Notes: generated by a model from the sequence alone, not told the origin. A DNA stretch of 64,000 nt from an uncultured Nitrososphaerales archaeon (GCA_963713605.1 CAVQMO010000001.1:192001-256000), one strand, 5' to 3'; shown: positions 31,758-43,117, numbered from the stretch's first letter. Made by a program: numbers and translations.

Positions 31758-31913
31758 TATAAACGTGATACCCTCACAAATTATCTGAAATAGCTCAATT
31801 ATACTAAATCAACAACAGCAACCCCAACCATATTAAGGAGGGATTAGGGTCGAGGAGCGGATTCATTTGGAACGTAGTTAGAAACATTAACGAGAGATAT
31901 TCAATAGCTAATT

Positions 31914-32669
31914 GTGGGGGCTAGGATCGTAATTGACGAAAGGGAGAAAGGTAGTCGGATTCCTGAGCTGCTAGGTGGCCTTGGAGCCTCAATAGAATTT
32001 TCACTTCTAACAGTAGGTGATTACATTGTGTCTTCTCAGACTGCCATTGAAAGGAAAACTATTTCGGATCTAATAAGTTCCATTTATGACGGGCGATTGT
32101 TCCTGCAGTGCAACGATTTGGTCCAATATTATGCCAGACCATTAATCGTGATTGAAGGAAACGCATTATTAGGGAAACCAGAACAGTATTTCCAAACGGC
32201 AGACGACAGTTACCATGATTCATATGCGGAACAAATGCCTCTAATTCTTGACGCGTTAGCACGGGTTGCACTTGAATTTCGGATTCCAATAATACCAACG
32301 CCTACTCCTGAGTACACATCTCGAATACTTATGATGATTGCGAATCTAGTTCGTAGCGAGGGATCAACAGTTGGTCCACTTCTCAGAAGAATTCGTAAGC
32401 AAAATCCTATTTACGTTCAACAGTTATCAGTTCTATCTTCTTTGCCAGGTGTCGGTGACAAAACAGCTGTTCGTATGCTAAAAAAATTTGGAACCCCTAT
32501 GAGAACTCTAACTGCATCAGTGGCAGAGCTATCAAGGATAGCCGGCCTGGGGACAAACCGCGCTATTCGCATCCGAAGGCTATTGGACTATAGTGGTCCT
32601 ACTAAGGAAACACAAAGCGAAATTCAGAGAACACTCGGTGATTCTGATGAAATAACTGGAAGCAACTAA
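31914..32669 (+). CDS. xpf: ERCC4/XPF-type structure-specific endonuclease (short form)
   Basis: IVIDERE, VGDYIV....IERK, SIYDGRLF.Q; C-terminal HhH motifs LPGVG and IAGLG. Confidence 0.92.
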   Translation: MGARIVIDEREKGSRIPELLGGLGASIEFSLLTVGDYIVSSQTAIERKTISDLISSIYDGRLFLQCNDLVQYYARPLIVIEGNALLGKPEQYFQTADDSYHDSYAEQMPLILDALARVALEFRIPIIPTPTPEYTSRILMMIANLVRSEGSTVGPLLRRIRKQNPIYVQQLSVLSSLPGVGDKTAVRMLKKFGTPMRTLTASVAELSRIAGLGTNRAIRIRRLLDYSGPTKETQSEIQRTLGDSDEITGSN

Positions 32670-33016
32670 AATATACTTTAATTAGTTCTATTTAACGGTA
32701 AACTAATAATGATGACTATCATTTTCAGTTTGTTGCTAATCTATGGTAGTACAGACCATGGTCTGAAATTGCCTGACGTTCATTTTCCATCATGATATAG
32801 GGATATTTGTAGAATCGAACGTTCCATTATAATATGGGATCGTAAGCAGTATAAAACATAATATACTATCGTCTTTAACAACCAGGAGACCTAGAAGGTG
32901 CACGTCACCGTGCAATCATTGCATTTGATCCGACGAGATCGACGGCCGTAAATTACAACAATGTTGCAAGAATTTAGAACGATGTATTTATAGCCCTTAA
33001 ATACTCCAAATGATAC

Positions 33017-33484
33017 ATGACAGGTTCGTTCGCGTCGAAGTCAAGGATCTTCTATGTCTTACTTGGCGCAGGAGTATCTTTTATTGTCATAGGCTCGGCA
33101 TCAGCACTTTATACGCTAACCCCAATTCCAGTATCTCTTAATGGAACAGTTGAAGCAGGTCAGAGTGACACATTAACCCCAAACATGAATGTGGGTAATC
33201 CTGTCGTGTTATCTGTCACAGGATCTAATTCAAGCATTGAGATTGTAGATCCTGAAAACAAAGTAATTAAGTCGGTATCCAATACTGCAAGTTTTCAATA
33301 TAACTTTACAGCTCGGACCGATGGACAGTACTTGATAACCGTAAAGAACTTGGGAAGTTCTGATTTGAATATAGCTGGCAGTGCTTTCACGAAAGGCAGT
33401 CAGATAGCTTTAGGCGGACAGCTTATGCTTATCGTAACCGGAATTATCGTACTCGGACTCGGGTTACGAGCGAGGCTTCGGTGA
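33017..33484 (+). CDS. hypothetical membrane protein (2 TM, beta-rich ectodomain)
   Basis: N- and C-terminal hydrophobic helices. Confidence 0.75.
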   Translation: MTGSFASKSRIFYVLLGAGVSFIVIGSASALYTLTPIPVSLNGTVEAGQSDTLTPNMNVGNPVVLSVTGSNSSIEIVDPENKVIKSVSNTASFQYNFTARTDGQYLITVKNLGSSDLNIAGSAFTKGSQIALGGQLMLIVTGIIVLGLGLRARLR

Positions 33485-33496
33485 AAATACTTAATG

Positions 33497-34331
33497 TTAC
33501 CAATTAGTCATTTCCTTCTTATATGACCCTAGAACCTTTACAAAAGCTGTCTTTGGTTCTATGACTTTTAAAACATCCCTAACCTTTGAGTCAAGAACAT
33601 GTCCCTCAAAGTCTGTAAAAAAATTGTACTCCCACGGCGTTTCTTTGGTTGGACGTGATTCGATCTTAGTAAGATTGATCTCTCTTCTTGCGAATTCAGA
33701 CAAGATATTCACTAACGATCCTGGTGCATGCTTGACAGAGAAAATGATAGATGTTCTGTCATTCCCTGACGGCTTCGTATTTGCGGGCTCTCTTGATAGC
33801 ACATAAAATCTTGTAAAATTGTTTTTCCTGTCCTCGATTCCAACGTCCAAAATCTCCATTCCATAGATTTCAGCGGCATGCTTGCTTGCGATTGCTGCTG
33901 CCCTGTTATTTTGGCCTTCTTTGATCATCTTCACTGCGCCTGCAGTATCATATACGGGTATTGAGACAAGTTTCTTCTCGTTTACATAATGCCTGCATTG
34001 CGCTAGAGCTTGGGGGTGTGAATAGACTTGCCTTAAGGAACCCAAATCGCTTCCTTTTACTGCAATAAGGCAATGATGTATTCTTTGATAGGTCTCCCTT
34101 ACAATGTACAAGTTCGATTGCAACAGTAAATCGTATACTTCATTTACGCTTCCCTCAATTGAGTTTTCGATAGGTACTACTGCGTAGTCGGACAGGCCTG
34201 ATAACAGTGTCTCAATTACTTCTTGAAACGATCGCACAGGAAGTCGGCGTAGAGTTAGGGAAGAATTGAATGACAGCAAGCTCACTATATGCCCCTCTCT
34301 CACCTTGGAAAGCGACTCTATTTACCACCAT
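33497..34331 (-). CDS. pheA: prephenate dehydratase (frameshift near the 5' end)
   Basis: Upstream frame from ATG 34331 reads MVVNRVAFQGERGAYSE; main frame VPIENSIEGSV, SHPQALAQC, NFTRF, ACT domain NLTKIESRP. Confidence 0.93.
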
Positions 34332-34941
34332 TTAATGTCTTGCCATTGTGAATTGTACTAAAGGTCTCTTTCCCATAGTCTGACGTCAATTTTCTCTCTT
34401 CGTAGGTTCCGCATTCTACACATTTTACAGCATTATTCACTCTGACTGTGTTTCCTCCACAATTGTAGCACAATGTATAGATTACGCCAAAATCCTTCTC
34501 TGCAATAGTGATGTGAATGTTAGAATTAAGGAGGCTTACTACTCTTCCTCTTATAATATCTCCTACCCTGAACGTGATTCTTGACCTACGATCTCCCCTT
34601 TCCCTGGACCATCCACCTTGTCCACCTGAAAGCGATAAGCCCTTTGTGGTTGAAATCGCTGAAAATCCAGAGAGAGATTTTACATCATTAATATATAAAA
34701 TTCTCACTGATATCATGCTACCAAAGAGCATATCAATATAGCCGACGACAATATCCCCTATTTTTGGCAACTTCGGAGTATTTTTTTGCTCTATCCTTAC
34801 TACTCGTCTCTTCAAATCGTACACCTTGCGTCCAACCGTGCTCGATCGAATCCTACCATCATCGACATAGGTGTTCTTGCCGCTCTCAAACTCTTCTATA
34901 AACGCAATCTGATCGCCTGGAAAGCTAGGTGTTAGTTTCAT
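34318..34941 (-). CDS. csl4: exosome RNA-binding protein Csl4
   Basis: PGD.IA..EEF..G, PKIGDIVVG (S1), C-terminal CYNC..CVEC..EERK zinc ribbon. Confidence 0.92.
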   Translation of the reverse strand: MKLTPSFPGDQIAFIEEFESGKNTYVDDGRIRSSTVGRKVYDLKRRVVRIEQKNTPKLPKIGDIVVGYIDMLFGSMISVRILYINDVKSLSGFSAISTTKGLSLSGGQGGWSRERGDRRSRITFRVGDIIRGRVVSLLNSNIHITIAEKDFGVIYTLCYNCGGNTVRVNNAVKCVECGTYEERKLTSDYGKETFSTIHNGKTLNGGK

Positions 34942-35128
34942 TTTTTCAATTGTCAAAGTTATAAGAGACATTCTGTATTAGAAAGTTATAATTGTTACAG
35001 GAGAGCATACTATTCCGTTTTCGTAGGTATTGGAACAAAATCGATGTTAGCGGCAAGAGTATTTATGTTGTTAGACTTTCAAGCCCACGAACAAACAACC
35101 TATTAGTAACTTCTTTACAACCTTAACC

Positions 35129-35863
35129 GTGGAGTTTATCGAATGGTTTCCTTATTATCAGGAAATCAGGGAACAATTTGGCTATAGCACCGAAAAGGAC
35201 CAGGAAGCTGCAAAAGTTCTGTCTCATATGACCCGTAGAAAGGCATTAGATCTAAAGTTGCTAAGAAAGAAAATTCACGGAAAAAAAGTCATGGTAATAG
35301 GTGCAGGGGTTAATCTCGAAGCTAGCATTCCATTTATCAAGAGAAACCGAAATTTCACGAAAATTGTTGCTAATGGAGCAGTTCAAGCGATTTTAGAACG
35401 CAGGATCAAACCGGATGTCGTGGTGACAGACTTGGATGGGAATCAATTATTTCTCAAGAAAGCTGACAAACTAGGAGCAATAATGGTAGTCCACGCTCAC
35501 GGAGATAATATTCCACTCTTGACTAAATTAGTGCCCAAACTCAGACACGTCATAGGCTCAACTCAGGTAATGCCCATGAAAAATGTGTACAATTTCGGTG
35601 GTTTCACCGATGGCGATCGATCTGTCTTTCTCGCTGAAGAATTGGGGGCGAGTCAAATAATACTTGTTGGGATGGATTTGGGAAATAAGATCGGGAGGTA
35701 TTATTCCAAGAGTACGGTACAGGATTCCGAATTAAAAAGGGCGAAGATGAAGGTAGCAAAAAGATTACTAGCAATGTTGGCAGTTAGAACGCGATCAGAA
35801 CTATTTGATACGGCGATAAGCCCCATTAAAGGATTCGCCTATGTTAAATCATCTTCGACGTAG
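35129..35863 (+). CDS. mptE: 6-hydroxymethyl-7,8-dihydropterin pyrophosphokinase MptE-like (DUF115)
   Basis: VVTDLDG, VVHAHGDN, NFGGFTDGDR..FLA, LVGMD. Confidence 0.85.
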   Translation: MEFIEWFPYYQEIREQFGYSTEKDQEAAKVLSHMTRRKALDLKLLRKKIHGKKVMVIGAGVNLEASIPFIKRNRNFTKIVANGAVQAILERRIKPDVVVTDLDGNQLFLKKADKLGAIMVVHAHGDNIPLLTKLVPKLRHVIGSTQVMPMKNVYNFGGFTDGDRSVFLAEELGASQIILVGMDLGNKIGRYYSKSTVQDSELKRAKMKVAKRLLAMLAVRTRSELFDTAISPIKGFAYVKSSST

Positions 35864-36020
35864 CCTATGAAGAATCGTTCAGATGATATTTGAAAGCAAT
35901 CCAAAAAGCTAGCCTTACTTAAATTCTAAGTTTGAATTAACTCAGGTGAAGTTGGTTCATGCATCCAGAGGTAGAAACTACGAATTGATACTTGATCTCT
36001 GAAAAGCTATTATATCTTTC

Positions 36021-36767
36021 ATGTCAATGCAAATTGAATTGTCATCTAGCTATTCTGACGATGAAATCAAGCGAGCTGCTGAGATCCGTGAATGGCTTGT
36101 CAAACTAATTTCTGACAAGCATGAGGAAATTGAAAACTTACGTACCACTCTTTCCCTCGTCGATAGCATGCTTAAGTCAGGAAGTTTCAAACCAGCATCT
36201 AGCTTGAAGGATACTTATACGCTTCAATCAAATCCAACAAATCAATTTTCGCCGTCTGAACCCCATGGTATCTCAAGTCATCCGGGATCAAAGCAAACTA
36301 TAGCCTCAAATATTGTAGAACCTAATAATCAAGGGACTGCAACGGACATAATTCATAGAGGAAATGAATCTAGTACAACAACTTCCGATTCGTCAAGATC
36401 TCAGACTACAGAATTTAAAGAACTTCATAGAGTGAGAGATAATCTCCTGCTTGCCAAAGCAGAGTTTACCACTCATTTTGTAGATATCGTTCCTGCCGAG
36501 AATATCCTACTAAATACCAACACGGCCCCGTTCCGATCCTTCTTCTTGGGAAGAATTCTCGATGGCATGAAGATTAAAGATGAAGAAAAGGCTCGTAATT
36601 TACAGATTAAAGAGTCAGAATCATTAACGTATGTTGTAGAAGAGAATGAGAACAATATAATACGTAAGATAAGGATCAACAACTACAGGGAGAAGGAACG
36701 ACTCAATGAAATATTCAACACATGCGCGTGGGTTTTTAGTCGTATGATCGAAAAAGGCTCGCGGTGA
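36021..36767 (+). CDS. hypothetical protein
   Basis: 248-aa ORF with N-terminal coiled coil, low-complexity linker and globular C-terminus; abuts guaA. Confidence 0.75.
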   Translation: MSMQIELSSSYSDDEIKRAAEIREWLVKLISDKHEEIENLRTTLSLVDSMLKSGSFKPASSLKDTYTLQSNPTNQFSPSEPHGISSHPGSKQTIASNIVEPNNQGTATDIIHRGNESSTTTSDSSRSQTTEFKELHRVRDNLLLAKAEFTTHFVDIVPAENILLNTNTAPFRSFFLGRILDGMKIKDEEKARNLQIKESESLTYVVEENENNIIRKIRINNYREKERLNEIFNTCAWVFSRMIEKGSR

Positions 36768-36770
36768 ATC

Positions 36771-38303
36771 ATGGATAGAATTGTAGTCCTCGACTTCGGC
36801 TCTCAGTATAGCCATTTAATTTGCAGGAGGGTAAGAGAGGCAAATGTATACTGCGAGGTGTTGCCTCATGATACATCTGCGAAGTTGCTAAGGGAAACAA
36901 AGCCTAAAGGAATAATTATCTCGGGCGGTCCGGCTAGTATATATGTTAAAGGGTCTCCTAGGCCAGATTACGGTATTTTTGAATTAGGAATACCTATCTT
37001 GGGCATTTGTTATGGACATCAATTAATAGTCGATAGATTTGGGGGAAGGATAAAAAAATCTACCGTTCGCGAGTACGGTAGTTCGAACCTTGTAATTGAC
37101 GACCATGACGACCTTTTTAGTAACATAGATGGTAACATAAGGTGTTGGATGAGCCACAGCGACACTGCTGAACTAATACCAAAGGGTTTCGAAGTTCTGG
37201 CCCATACCGATAGCTCTTCGTCAGCGGCAATCGTTAATAGAAACAAGAAGCTATTTGGAATTCAGTTCCATCCTGAAGTATTGCACACAGAAAGAGGGAC
37301 AGAGATTCTCAAAAATTTCTCATTTCGAATAAGTGGGGCAGCGCCTACCTGGAACATAAATGACTACTTAGAAAGAACTATTTCAGAGATCAGAAAAAAG
37401 GTAGGAAGCAATAGGGTATTATGCGCAGTTAGCGGAGGGATTGATTCGACTACGGTAGCGGTTTTATTACATAGAGCGGTCGGAAAGAACCTTCGATGTG
37501 TATTTGTCAACCATGGTTTGCTAAGAGTTGGAGAAGAGGAGTTAGTAGTTCAAACTTTTGACCAAGTTCTAAATATACCGCTTATCGTAGTTAATGCGTC
37601 AGAGCGATTCCTTACAAGATTGAGAGGAATAACGGATCCAGAGGAAAAAAGGATGATAATAGGTGACGAATTTGCTCGAGTTTTTAGTGACGTTGCTTCT
37701 GAACATGGTCCTTTTCAATGGCTGGCACAAGGAACTCTTTACCCTGATATCATAGAAAGCGGAGTGTCTCAAGGTCCAGCATCCGTTATCAAGAGTCACC
37801 ACAACGTGAAAGGATTGCCTAAATGGCTTAATCTAAAGGTTATTGAACCATTAAATACACTTTATAAGGATGAAGTGAAGAGGCTTGCAGCGGCCCTTGG
37901 CATTCCCTCGCAATTATTGAAGAGGCATCCTTTCCCTGGACCTGGTTTGGCCGTAAGAATTGTAGGCGAGGTGAATCATGAGAAAATTCGTATAGCTAGA
38001 GAATCTAGCAAAATAGTGGAAGATGAATTGATGGCCGAAGGCTGGTACGATAAAGTCTGGCAAGCGTACGTGGCGGTAGGCGATGATAAGGCGGTAGGTG
38101 TAATTGGCGATGGAAGGCTCTATGGACACATTGCAATAATAAAGGTCGTCGATTCTATTGATGCAATGACGGCTGATTGGGTGCGATTACCTCATGATGT
38201 CATCGGAAAAATTAGCAATCGAATCAGCAATGAGGTAGAAGGAGTAACTTGGGTGACCTATGCGGTGTCGAGCAAGCCCCCAGCTACAATTGAACCTCAG
38301 TAA
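36771..38303 (+). CDS. guaA: GMP synthase (glutamine-hydrolysing)
   Basis: LDFGSQY, PILGICYGHQ, QFHPEV, SGGIDS, QGTLYPD.IES, HPFPGPGL, KPPATIE. Confidence 0.98.
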   Translation: MDRIVVLDFGSQYSHLICRRVREANVYCEVLPHDTSAKLLRETKPKGIIISGGPASIYVKGSPRPDYGIFELGIPILGICYGHQLIVDRFGGRIKKSTVREYGSSNLVIDDHDDLFSNIDGNIRCWMSHSDTAELIPKGFEVLAHTDSSSSAAIVNRNKKLFGIQFHPEVLHTERGTEILKNFSFRISGAAPTWNINDYLERTISEIRKKVGSNRVLCAVSGGIDSTTVAVLLHRAVGKNLRCVFVNHGLLRVGEEELVVQTFDQVLNIPLIVVNASERFLTRLRGITDPEEKRMIIGDEFARVFSDVASEHGPFQWLAQGTLYPDIIESGVSQGPASVIKSHHNVKGLPKWLNLKVIEPLNTLYKDEVKRLAAALGIPSQLLKRHPFPGPGLAVRIVGEVNHEKIRIARESSKIVEDELMAEGWYDKVWQAYVAVGDDKAVGVIGDGRLYGHIAIIKVVDSIDAMTADWVRLPHDVIGKISNRISNEVEGVTWVTYAVSSKPPATIEPQ

Positions 38304-38375
38304 GATCTATTGAAATTAGCGGATTATGAGAAGTGATCTCTTCTATCTCTTCAGATAGAAACATGTATGCTATAT

Positions 38376-39206
38376 TCATAATTCTGATCCGCACTCTTCA
38401 CAATACTTCGAGCCTTCCTCATTCGTATAGCCGCATGCCTTGCACTTCGCGAGCGATGTAGATCCACTATGCCCATCAGGCTCAACATTGGACCGATTCT
38501 CGCTGATTAGCACAATGTCCCCAATCCTAGAGATCTTTGACCATAGGATTTCAGAAGATTTGGCCTCTTTGTCCCTCAATTGACTGTTGACCATGATGCT
38601 TACATCTACTCGTCCATTCTTTAACCTTCGAAGGCCGATTTCCTTTATATTTCCAATTAGCATTGCTTCTGAGTCATATGCTGGCATTTCGATTAGTGAA
38701 TGTATTGGAAGAAATTCACCCTTAACTAAGGCATTGTGTACTTCATGCATTGAGCCTGGTGCAGATTGTTCAAAAACTCTCGAAGTATCCTCTGGTTTCG
38801 TCGAGGAAATTTGTTGACTTACTTCCTGATGGTTACCAGACGATAAATCGTCTTGTCCTGTCTTTTCTTTCTGATGAGATTGAAACTTGCGGTACTGGGC
38901 AATCGTGTTCTTGCATTTCTTGCATTTGTATTCGCCTTTCTCTTCTAAGACCACCCCTTCCCCTAGATCCTCATTTGGGTTATCGTACACAATGAACGGA
39001 GGACCATCAAATTGCTCTTCGCATTTGTTACAATAGTGTTTCAAGAGCCTATTTTCATCTAGTCTTCCCACGCCTGCTAGAAAAAGCTCGGGCCCTCCTA
39101 GGTTACCTTTTCTTTGCTCTTCTTCCGTTATTTTAGCTAGAACGTACCCTCCGGATCCGCGAAGTTTCTTGTCTTGGTAGTCGTTTGTGGGCGTTTCGCT
39201 TAGCAC
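38376..39206 (-). CDS. zinc-ribbon / PRC-barrel-like domain protein
   Basis: CNKC, CKKC and C-terminal CKAC..N...SKYCEECG; PRC-like YDSEA.LIG.I.EI...I.RIGDIVLI. Confidence 0.8.
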   Translation of the reverse strand: MLSETPTNDYQDKKLRGSGGYVLAKITEEEQRKGNLGGPELFLAGVGRLDENRLLKHYCNKCEEQFDGPPFIVYDNPNEDLGEGVVLEEKGEYKCKKCKNTIAQYRKFQSHQKEKTGQDDLSSGNHQEVSQQISSTKPEDTSRVFEQSAPGSMHEVHNALVKGEFLPIHSLIEMPAYDSEAMLIGNIKEIGLRRLKNGRVDVSIMVNSQLRDKEAKSSEILWSKISRIGDIVLISENRSNVEPDGHSGSTSLAKCKACGYTNEEGSKYCEECGSEL

Positions 39207-39438
39207 GAATAAGTATTAACGGGTCTGAATATAAAAAACTTGTATTATGCATTAACACTTAATTTAACGTCTAATATCAGTATCCCTGATTCATATCGGA
39301 TTAGCTTCCGTATCCCTTATATTTCTGTGCTTTCTAAGATATGTCGTCAAAAGCAGCAGGCAGATCTGTCAAGTATCGGAATCCTACTTATCATTTCTTC
39401 CGTGCATTTGTGCAGAAAAATATTAGTGAAAAGAAAGA

Positions 39439-40770
39439 TTGAAATCTACATTTGAAGAATTAGGAGTAAGCCCACCTCTAACTAGGGCACTGGAAGAAAT
39501 AGGCTTCACCAGGCCATTTCCTATTCAAGAAGCATCAATACCATTTATTTTGCAAGGGCATGATGTAATTGGTCAGGCACACACTGGAACGGGTAAGACG
39601 GCAGCATTCTGTTTGCCTGTATTATCACGTCTCAAAAGTAATGGTCCGGTACAATTTTTGATATTGGTACCCACGCGGGAACTAGCGGTTCAAGTAACCC
39701 ATGAGATTACAAAATATTCGAAGTATACTCCAATTCGTGTAGTGTCCATTTTTGGAGGGGTTAGTATCGGTCAGCAACAGTCACGATTGGAGAGAGGAGC
39801 TCAGGTGGTCGTTGCTACTCCTGGCAGACTCATTGACCATTTGAAGAGAGGAACCATCGAGCTGGATAAGGTAAGTCACGTCGTACTTGACGAGGCCGAC
39901 AGAATGCTGGATATGGGTTTCATTGATGACATCAGGTTCATTCTTTTCTATATAAGCGAAAAGCATCAAACCTGTCTCTTCTCTGCCACAATGCCTCCTG
40001 AAATCCTTCGCCTTGCCGAAGAGTATATGACTAATCCTAAACAAGTTCTACTTAACGAAGAAGAAATCAGTCTCGATACAATCAATCAGTCATATTTAGT
40101 TACTCACGAAAGGCAGAAATTTAAGCATCTTTGTGAGTTAATTAAAAATGAAAGTAAGAAACAGATGATCGTATTTGCTGCTACAAAACAGCGAACTCAT
40201 CGATTGGCTAATGATTTGAAAGATGCAGGCTTTAGGGCCATATCTATACATGGAGATTTGTCGCAAAAGCAACGAGAAGTGGCAATGTATAGATTCAAGA
40301 CGGCAAAGGAAGATATACTTGTCGCCACTGACATAGCAGCTCGAGGTATCGACATCCCTGCAGTCAGTCATGTGGTGAATTATGATGTCCCCGAAGATCC
40401 ATTGATTTATTTTCACCGTATTGGAAGAACAGCTCGAGCAGGTGGCACTGGCAAGGCAGTCTCCTTAGTTTCTGTGGAACGAGTAGAAGACTTTCAGAGA
40501 ATTATCAATCGTACAGAACAACCCATCCGCAAGCTGAATTTTGAACTAGGCATAGAAGTCCCAGTGCACGAAGGTAGGAACCATCGCCCCCCTTATTCAA
40601 GGAGTAGATCGTACAGGCCTTCAAACGGTTATCGAGATAGACGAGAAAATCAGTATGGTCAAAGGAAGTATAACAATGAGATGAGCAACTCTCGGTACCG
40701 AGGAAGAGGAGAAAGTCGCTATAACAATCAGAAGAGAAATAATAGAGGCTTTCACCAACGGTCTCTTTAG
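39439..40770 (+). CDS. DEAD-box RNA helicase
   Basis: AHTGTGKT, PTRELA, TPGR, DEAD, SAT, HRIGRTAR; Arg/Asn-rich tail. Confidence 0.97.
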   Translation: MKSTFEELGVSPPLTRALEEIGFTRPFPIQEASIPFILQGHDVIGQAHTGTGKTAAFCLPVLSRLKSNGPVQFLILVPTRELAVQVTHEITKYSKYTPIRVVSIFGGVSIGQQQSRLERGAQVVVATPGRLIDHLKRGTIELDKVSHVVLDEADRMLDMGFIDDIRFILFYISEKHQTCLFSATMPPEILRLAEEYMTNPKQVLLNEEEISLDTINQSYLVTHERQKFKHLCELIKNESKKQMIVFAATKQRTHRLANDLKDAGFRAISIHGDLSQKQREVAMYRFKTAKEDILVATDIAARGIDIPAVSHVVNYDVPEDPLIYFHRIGRTARAGGTGKAVSLVSVERVEDFQRIINRTEQPIRKLNFELGIEVPVHEGRNHRPPYSRSRSYRPSNGYRDRRENQYGQRKYNNEMSNSRYRGRGESRYNNQKRNNRGFHQRSL

Positions 40771-40932
40771 TTTGGTTATAGCGATCAGGTGGGAAAAGGT
40801 AAAATTCGTTTATGACAGTGGTATAGAAATATTGCCTATCTAACTCGAATTATTTTGAACTTTGATGTTAAGTAAGTCAGTTTCATTTGTCTGTCGGTAA
40901 CTATATATCTAAAAATTGATGATATAAAGTAG

Positions 40933-41451
40933 ATGCAACAGGATAATAGTGAAGATTCTTTTGTAAAGATCGCAGCCCTCATTGGAGGTGAGGAGTATCT
41001 AAAAGTTGCACGTGCCCTCTTGCATTCAGAAGATGCAACTGATGAGGAGATTGCAGGAGCCACTGGTCTTAGAATTAACATCATTCGAAAAGTACTTTAT
41101 GATATGTTTGGGAAAGCGTTGATCACGGGAATTCGTGTAAAGGACGAGAAAAAAGGATGGTTCGTATATAGGTGGAGAGCTAAAAGGGATCAGGTAGACA
41201 ATTTTATCGATAATCAGAAGAAAAAAATCCTCGATCGCTTACAAAAGCGACTTGAATACGAAGAATCCTCCGAGTTCTACCATTGTGGGAACAACGATTG
41301 TTCACATGTCAAATTTGATCTTGCGGTAGAGCAGTTTTTCAAATGCAGTACATGTAAGGAACCGCTGAACATGATTGATAATAATCAAGTAAAGGAGGCT
41401 TTGCGACAAAAGATTGAACAAATCATTTCAGACATTACACCCAAAAGCTAG
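40933..41451 (+). CDS. tfe: transcription factor E (TFE alpha)
   Basis: TDEEIA..TG..IN.IRK.LY, GWFVYRW; zinc ribbon FYHC....C and FKCSTC. Confidence 0.93.
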   Translation: MQQDNSEDSFVKIAALIGGEEYLKVARALLHSEDATDEEIAGATGLRINIIRKVLYDMFGKALITGIRVKDEKKGWFVYRWRAKRDQVDNFIDNQKKKILDRLQKRLEYEESSEFYHCGNNDCSHVKFDLAVEQFFKCSTCKEPLNMIDNNQVKEALRQKIEQIISDITPKS

Positions 41452-41511
41452 TAGCGATTGTACTAATCAGCCTATTAGGAACAACTACTATATCCATCGT
41501 ATCTGGATTTG

Positions 41512-41712
41512 CTATTCAAAATCGAAAACATTTGAAGGGGATCGATCGAGTTTAAAGACAATAGAATCTACGTAATAGGGACGAGAGACCAAATCATAAG
41601 GGACATCATCGTCAAAACCAGCAGTGTAAGTGTCTTCAGCGTCTTTGATGCCATCAGACTTCACAATAATATTTAAACTCCTCAAATTACTCTCAAAATT
41701 CCTATATGCCAT
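41512..41712 (-). CDS. hypothetical protein
   Basis: Short acidic ORF only. Confidence 0.35.
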   Translation of the reverse strand: MAYRNFESNLRSLNIIVKSDGIKDAEDTYTAGFDDDVPYDLVSRPYYVDSIVFKLDRSPSNVFDFE

Positions 41713-42002
41713 ATTAGTATAAAAGTGTATGTCACTGATTGGCCATTCGGTTTAAAGAGTCAGGAAATACTTGATTTACTATTTGGAGGCCTTATGAATC
41801 GTCTCATCTTGGTGTCTCTAATAACAGGAACTTTAAAGTGAAACCAGATGATCGCCCTTGTCCTAGAAGTTACCTCAAAGGTATCTATTGATTCCTAATG
41901 GTAGAAAGGGGCTATTTATTTCTTTTAGTGGATACCTAGTCTGCCCAGCTAAATCGATTGATCAGATACAATATTGATCCACTTAAAATGAAAAACCATT
42001 CA

Positions 42003-42506
42003 TCACAATGATAGGGCACTGCTGTTGTTTAGTAATGCCCCAAGGAACAAGATTATCAACGATAATCCCACAATCACTCTTCCCAAAAGAATAATTCTAG
42101 ATCTTACATGTTGAATATAAGAATTGGAGTCACCACTCATAATCCTCTTTTCAGTTTCGATGTCTAGAGACCTTATGTGGACAATATAGATCATTAGCGT
42201 AACAACAACGAAGATGATTTTGATAAGCAAAATAATGCCATAGTCTGAATCTATTAGCGCATCAGGCTGCAAAAGAAAAGCGCGAGAATTGTAAATTCCG
42301 GTTATTATTAGTATTATAAATGCTGGTAATGCAATTTTATTAAATCTCCTTCCAATCCTTAGCATGAAGGCAAGACGATCTGCTGGCGATTCGGCAATCG
42401 TTCCTAACATGGGTGCTAATACTATCCCTAAGAATAAGGAACCACCAACCCATATTGATGCACAGGTTAGATGCACCCAAAAAACTAAGACATCCGCCAA
42501 CGTCAT
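42003..42506 (-). CDS. CopD-family copper-resistance membrane protein
   Basis: WVHL..ASIWVGG, IITGIYN, YG.ILLIKI; 4 TM. Confidence 0.8.
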   Translation of the reverse strand: MTLADVLVFWVHLTCASIWVGGSLFLGIVLAPMLGTIAESPADRLAFMLRIGRRFNKIALPAFIILIITGIYNSRAFLLQPDALIDSDYGIILLIKIIFVVVTLMIYIVHIRSLDIETEKRIMSGDSNSYIQHVRSRIILLGRVIVGLSLIILFLGALLNNSSALSL

Positions 42507-42571
42507 TACGAAACAGAGATTGACGTTAATACTATTATTCGTATTGTCTTAGAAAGGATTTTAATGCGCTT

Positions 42572-43117
42572 TTGATTAGCATAAATGCCAGGATGTTTCT
42601 TACAAGACGCAGAGCTATTCTCATTGGAGCAATTGCAGCAGTAGGCGCTGCGATAATTCTTACACCGCTTATCTTGACTCTCACTCTTCCATCTGATATC
42701 AATGCCGTAAAGATCAACCTCGACAAAGTTGAGATTGAGAATCCCTCTCCAGAAGAGGAAACAGCGAACCTGCTTACACTTAGGGTATTTTTTAAAGTCG
42801 ATAACCCTACCGATACGACTTTGACGACTTCTAAAATCGATTATACTCTTTACGCTAATGGTGAGTCTCTAGGTAACGGGCATATCGACTACGTAGATAT
42901 TCCCGTCCACGGACGACCACAACTTCTATCTGGAGGCGAGGCTACAATCATGTCAAAGTTCGAAATACCGCGTAATGATCCAAGTCTTACACAAATCAAT
43001 ATTGGAAATCTATCTAGCTCAGACATAGATTGGGATGCGGAAGGTACTGCTGACATCGAGTCTGGATTTGCTACAATTCCATTGGCCTTTAGGGATGAAT
43101 TAAAGCGTTCTTCATAA
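42572..43117 (+). CDS. membrane-anchored LEA_2/WHy-like protein
   Basis: N-terminal TM; F.V.NP....L....I.Y.L..NG..LG.G pattern; probable ATG at 42593. Confidence 0.7.
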   Translation: MISINARMFLTRRRAILIGAIAAVGAAIILTPLILTLTLPSDINAVKINLDKVEIENPSPEEETANLLTLRVFFKVDNPTDTTLTTSKIDYTLYANGESLGNGHIDYVDIPVHGRPQLLSGGEATIMSKFEIPRNDPSLTQINIGNLSSSDIDWDAEGTADIESGFATIPLAFRDELKRSS

